Shown here piece by piece: positions 59,901 to 64,000 of a DNA stretch of 64,000 nt; the stretch's first letter is position 1, and every line of letters starts with the position of its first letter. The stretch lies in NCBI GenBank assembly GCA_963740175.1, contig CAVUDL010000018.1, positions 1,381 through 65,380 on the forward strand. The letters run 5' to 3'. Under the pieces are notes generated by a model. It was not told the origin of the DNA. It made no database searches and was given only the letters and a program-made list of their open reading frames with translations. A program made the translations under genes and the position numbers. The DNA comes from an uncultured Gemmatimonadales bacterium (GTDB taxonomy: Bacteria > Gemmatimonadota > Gemmatimonadetes > Gemmatimonadales > GWC2-71-9).

Positions 59901-60489
59901 CTCGTCCCAGCCGCAGCATGCCTTCGATGACGGGCCCTTCTTCCGGGATTCCATGTTGCTGAATCTCCAGCCAGAAGCCATCGGGACCAAAGGTGCGGCT
60001 GAACCACTCCGCGCTCTTTCTGGCCTCCTCGAACCTTCCCTGCCGCAGGTGCAACGCCACTTCGCCTGAGAGGCACGCCGCCAGGCAAACTATTCCCTCC
60101 GAGTGGGCCTCCAGCACTTCCTTGTCGATCCGTGGGCGGCGATAAAAACCTTCGGTGAATCCAATCGAGGTCAGTCGCACCAGGTTGCGATACCCGGCCC
60201 GGTTTCGCGCCAGCAGGACGAGATGGCTGTAGGCCGCGGGGGCCCCGGCCGGTTTCTCTCGCGCAGTCCGTGGGCCGAACGCGAGATAGGCCTCGAAGCC
60301 CAGGATGGGCCGGATCTTCTGCGCCTTGGCGTGCTCGTAGAATTCCCAGGCCGCGTGCATGTTCCCGTGGTCCGTAACTGCCAGGCTGTCCATGCCGAGC
60401 TTCTTGACGTGCGCGACGAGCTCAGGGATCTGGTTGGCCCCGTCGAGCAACGAGTATTCGCTGTGGGTGTGGAGATGGACGAAAGACAT
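56976..60489 (-). CDS. dnaE: DNA polymerase III alpha subunit (1-nt frameshift near 57910)
   Basis: [42 protein letters not shown] clamp-binding motif and OB fold. Confidence 0.97.
57641..57720. repeat. Palindromic microsatellite (9-nt unit) in-frame within dnaE
   Basis: GGTCGGAGAGGGCGGAGAGGTCGGAAA versus TTCCGTCTTCTCCGACTTCTCCGCCC. Confidence 0.75.
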
Positions 60490-60491
60490 TA

Positions 60492-60566
60492 TGGCTATGG
60501 GCTATTGGCTATGCGCTTTGGGCTGCTCCACTTGCCGACACAGCCCATAGCCATGACCCATAGCCC
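60492..60566. repeat. Palindromic microsatellite hairpin, 7-nt unit (GGCTATG / CATAGCC)
   Basis: TGGCTATGGGCTATTGGCTATGCGCTTTGGGCTG versus CAGCCCATAGCCATGACCCATAGCCC; fills the hisIE-dnaE gap. Confidence 0.8.
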
Positions 60567-60568
60567 CC

Positions 60569-61240
60569 TTATTTCGCTCTGGACTCCAGCTCGGTTAAGA
60601 CGACATCCAGCGGGACGCCGCGCGCCTGCAAGAGCACCAGTAGATGATAGAGGAGATCGGCCGCCTCGGACGCGAGACGTTCGTCGTCCTCCGAATTTGC
60701 AGCTACCACCACCTCGACTGCCTCTTCACCGACCTTCTGTGAAGCCTTGCCGACACCCTGAGCCAGAAGCTCGACCGTGTATGACCCGCCCGGCCGCTCG
60801 TCCGCCCGCTGAGCGATCGTCCGGGCCAACCTGCTCAGCACGTGCCCACCCGGATCTTCTTCCGCTGCCTCGCTGCCCCGCCGCCGATTGCCCGGGTCAG
60901 GCCCCGCTCCCCCGCTGATGACTGTAGAGAAACAGGTCCGAGTGCCGGTGTGACACGCCGCGCCGGTCTGCTCAACCCGGTACAGAACCGTGTCGCCGTC
61001 GCAATCCAGCCGGACTTCCCGCACCCGCTGGACGTGACTGGAGGTCTGCCCCTTCTGCCAGAGGCCCCCCCGTGATCTGCTGAAGTAGTGAGCCAAACCA
61101 GTGGCGAGGGTACGCTCAAGCGCGTCCCGGTTGGCGTAGGCAACCATCAGGACATCGCCGGAACGGCTCTCCTGGGTCACGACCGGCACCAGTCCGTCAG
61201 CACCGAACCTGACCGCCGACAGCCGCATGTTCTCGGACAC
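60569..61240 (-). CDS. hisI: Bifunctional phosphoribosyl-AMP cyclohydrolase / phosphoribosyl-ATP pyrophosphatase
   Basis: [30 protein letters not shown] and EAADLLYH. Confidence 0.96.
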   Translation of the reverse strand: MSENMRLSAVRFGADGLVPVVTQESRSGDVLMVAYANRDALERTLATGLAHYFSRSRGGLWQKGQTSSHVQRVREVRLDCDGDTVLYRVEQTGAACHTGTRTCFSTVISGGAGPDPGNRRRGSEAAEEDPGGHVLSRLARTIAQRADERPGGSYTVELLAQGVGKASQKVGEEAVEVVVAANSEDDERLASEAADLLYHLLVLLQARGVPLDVVLTELESRAK

Positions 61241-61365
61241 GGAGAGAAGCTACCGGCAGGTTGTGCGATTGTCAAAAGCCGTTGTGGCGCTTTATTTTGC
61301 TAAGTCGGCGCGGTCCTTCCGGTGCTCCTTTCCCCTCTTCCCATCTGACCCGGAGTCATCCTGAA

Positions 61366-63039
61366 GTGCGACGCTCGCGCTGGCTTCTGACAATAACGTT
61401 TGGCGGATTTCTCTCGCTGGCTTGCAAGGATAGCACGGGGCCCGGGAACGGTCCGTCTCTCGTGTGCACCGACGGGAGCACCGAAGTCCTGGCGGTTGGT
61501 GAGCATCGAATCCTGAATCCGCTTCAGGACGATGCCTGCGTGCGGCTGCCTGCGGCCCCTGCCTCCGGGGCCGAGCACCTCTATGTCGCGGTTTCGACCG
61601 AGGGCCGGGAGACCGAGGACGGGTTCTCTGCTCCATTCGCCCTGACGGGGTCTGTCCCCGGCACCGCAACGCCCCCCGCGCCGATGTCCGCGTCGCTATC
61701 GGCCTTCCAGGGGGCGGTGCCGGCCGGCGCCTTCCATCGCATGCTGCGCGAGCGGGAGCGGACTCTTGCCGCAAGCCCCTCCCGGGCGCTCTTCGACGAG
61801 GCCCGCAGCCCGGCGGCGGCGTCAGTTCCACCGGTCGTCGGCGAGCAGCGCACCTTCAACGTGTGCATCAGCCGCCAATGCGATGAATTCGCTCAGGCCA
61901 CCGCTACGGCCAAGGCGGTGGGGCAGCGAGTGGCGATCTTCGTCGACAACGGGGCGCCCGCTGGTGGGTATAGTGACGCGGAGCTGGCGGAAGTCGGCAC
62001 GCTCTTCGACGATTTCCTGTATCCGATCGACACCACGGCGTTCGGCCGGGAGTCGGACGTGGACGGCAACGGGGTCGTGATCGTCCTGTTGACCCAGCGG
62101 GTGAATGCGCTCAGTCCCAACTGCAACAGCACCGGCAGCGTCATTCTGGGCTATTTCTTCGGAGCCGATCTGCTGCCGCTGTCACCCGGAAATTCCGGGT
62201 CGAACGAAGCCGAAATCTTCTATGGCCTGGTGCCTGATCCGAACAATCCAACCTGCGACATCTCGCAGGAGTTCGCCAGTTCCCGCCTTCCCGCCACCTT
62301 CATCCACGAATTCCAGCACATGATCAGCTTCAACCAGCACGTGCTGATCCGCGATGGAGTGTCGGAGGACACCTGGCTGAATGAAGGGCTCTCCCATCTG
62401 GCCGAAGAGCTCGGCGGCCGCCAGATCCCCGCATCGGAATGCCCGGTGAGCGGCTCGTGCGTGCGTGACTTCATCAAGGGGGACCTGGAGAATGCCTTCG
62501 ACTACCTCGCCTCCCCCGAGGATCACTTTCTGTTTGAGCCAGGCAGCTCCCAGGCAGATCTGGCGGAACGGGGCGCGAACTGGCTGTTCGTACGCTGGCT
62601 GGTGGACAACTTTGCCTCCGACACACTGCTCGGCACCAATCTGACCCGGCTGCTGGTGGGCACCCGTCTCACCGGCGTTGCCAACGTCGAGAACATCCTC
62701 GGCGAGCCGTTCGAGGAGCTGGTTCCCGAATGGCAGCTCACCAACTACCTCGACGACCTCCCCGGATTTCAGCCGCCGCCATCCCGCCTGCGGTACAAGA
62801 CCTGGAACTTCCGGGCGGCGGGCGACTCCGTCGGCCGCCCGTTCCCCCTGGTGCCTGATGTCACGTCCGGCGTGGGCTATGCCCATACCGGAGTGTTGCG
62901 GGCTGGGTCGGGGCGCCATGTGCTGGTGACGCAGGCCGGTGGATCCCCGGCGGTAGACCTGCGGCTGACCGCGCCGTCGGGGGAAGAGCCGGTGTCTGCC
63001 ACGGTTCAGCCCCGAATCGCCCTGGTTCGGATTCGGTGA
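61366..63039 (+). CDS. Putative lipoprotein zinc metallopeptidase (gluzincin, M30-like)
   Basis: Lipobox SLAC; HEFQHMI...WLNEGLSHLAE. Confidence 0.7.
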   Translation: MRRSRWLLTITFGGFLSLACKDSTGPGNGPSLVCTDGSTEVLAVGEHRILNPLQDDACVRLPAAPASGAEHLYVAVSTEGRETEDGFSAPFALTGSVPGTATPPAPMSASLSAFQGAVPAGAFHRMLRERERTLAASPSRALFDEARSPAAASVPPVVGEQRTFNVCISRQCDEFAQATATAKAVGQRVAIFVDNGAPAGGYSDAELAEVGTLFDDFLYPIDTTAFGRESDVDGNGVVIVLLTQRVNALSPNCNSTGSVILGYFFGADLLPLSPGNSGSNEAEIFYGLVPDPNNPTCDISQEFASSRLPATFIHEFQHMISFNQHVLIRDGVSEDTWLNEGLSHLAEELGGRQIPASECPVSGSCVRDFIKGDLENAFDYLASPEDHFLFEPGSSQADLAERGANWLFVRWLVDNFASDTLLGTNLTRLLVGTRLTGVANVENILGEPFEELVPEWQLTNYLDDLPGFQPPPSRLRYKTWNFRAAGDSVGRPFPLVPDVTSGVGYAHTGVLRAGSGRHVLVTQAGGSPAVDLRLTAPSGEEPVSATVQPRIALVRIR

Positions 63040-64000
63040 AGCGAATGGTCTTCTTTGCGCTGGTAGCCGCGCTGTTCGCCGGATACGGCACCGCCTACCT
63101 GGCGAGCGATGACGTTCGGTATCTCACCCGGGCCGGCTTCGAGGAGACCCGGATACTCCAGTCCCGGAAGCCGATTGCGAAGCTGGTGCGGGATCCATCC
63201 ACCGACCCCGCCTTGCGCCAGACCCTGAGTCTCGTGCTACAGACCCGTGACTACGCCGCGCGGCTGGGTCTCCAGGCTAAAGAGACCTACACGTCGTACT
63301 CCGATGTGGGCCGGGACACGCTGCTGCTGGTGCTGCAGGCGGCCCCCAAGGACTGTATCTGTCCATACACATGGAAGTACCCCATCGTCGGGCGAATCCC
63401 GTACAAGGGCTTCTTCGACTCCCGGGCCGCCCGGCGGGAGGCTGATCGCTTCACGGCCAGAGGATATGATGTCTACCTGCGCCCTTCCGGAGCGTTCTCC
63501 ACCCTGGGCTGGTTCGAGGACCCGCTGCTCTCGACCGCCATCTCCGGTGACTCAGTGGAGCTGGCGGCCACCGTCTTTCATGAGATCGCGCACAACACTC
63601 TCTACGTGAAGAGCGCGACACCGTTCAACGAGAGCTTCGCGCAGATGGTAGGCTACCGGTCGGCGGAATCCTTTTTCCGGCAGCGTGGCGACAGCGCCAA
63701 TGCCCGGCAGGCCGCGGATCGGTGGCATGACGAGATCGTGCTGGGCGACTACTACACGGCACTGGTTCGCCGGCTGGATTCGCTCTACGCGCAGCGGCCC
63801 GATTCCGTTGCCCTGGACGCCGGACGGCGTGAAGCGGCTGTATGGGCCCGCGCTCAGCTGATGGGGCCGATAGGGGCGCGGTTCCGTACTTTTCGGGTGG
63901 GACGCCTGGCGGAGCGACCCATCAATAATGCTCAGCTGATCGGATCCCGGATCTATCGCACCCGGCTCGACTTGTTCGACCGCTGGTATGACCGCCACGG
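63036..64000 (+). CDS. Putative aminopeptidase (PF10023-like), runs off the window end
   Basis: PIVGRIPYKGFF, AFSTLGWFEDPL and FHEIAH...FNESFA; absent from the ORF track because there is no stop in the window. Confidence 0.85.
   Translation, partial: MKRMVFFALVAALFAGYGTAYLASDDVRYLTRAGFEETRILQSRKPIAKLVRDPSTDPALRQTLSLVLQTRDYAARLGLQAKETYTSYSDVGRDTLLLVLQAAPKDCICPYTWKYPIVGRIPYKGFFDSRAARREADRFTARGYDVYLRPSGAFSTLGWFEDPLLSTAISGDSVELAATVFHEIAHNTLYVKSATPFNESFAQMVGYRSAESFFRQRGDSANARQAADRWHDEIVLGDYYTALVRRLDSLYAQRPDSVALDAGRREAAVWARAQLMGPIGARFRTFRVGRLAERPINNAQLIGSRIYRTRLDLFDRWYDRH

Overview
The window looks like two unrelated DNAs joined at about 7905. Bases 1-7900 are alphaproteobacterial (Hyphomicrobiales/Microvirga-like, inferred) accessory DNA. 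This part has two L,D-transpeptidases, a lytic transglycosylase cut by an IS5 remnant, Gly/Tyr-rich exported proteins, EcfG-type promoters and C/U-loop sRNA candidates. Bases 7905-64000 look like a Gemmatimonadota-type chromosome (inferred from gene content and order). This part carries a truncated HD-GYP regulator, acnA, a signalling and stress block (hybrid kinases including a 2139-aa poly-HAMP kinase, SRPBCC plus Zn-dependent dehydrogenase), seven tRNAs, a sigma-70 factor, mlaEFD, atpAGDC, waaA, TPM/nucleotidyltransferase/lemA, an M23 peptidase, metG, ricT, accA, dnaE, hisIE and two HEXXH peptidases. Many single-base frameshifts, including in atpA, accA and dnaE, point to an error-prone long-read assembly. 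The three most unusual signals are: (1) a ~300-nt terminator-ended unit at 46830-47135 with two identical 21-nt repeats, each carrying a 12-nt perfect complement of the 16S rRNA 3' end and each preceded by a MA(R/K)TY mini-ORF; (2) a dispersed family of palindromic microsatellite hairpins with 7-, 8- or 9-nt units that also sit in-frame inside core genes such as dnaE; (3) a small uncharacterised protein domain present in three copies in the signalling block. No database searches were run; all calls come from reading the sequence.
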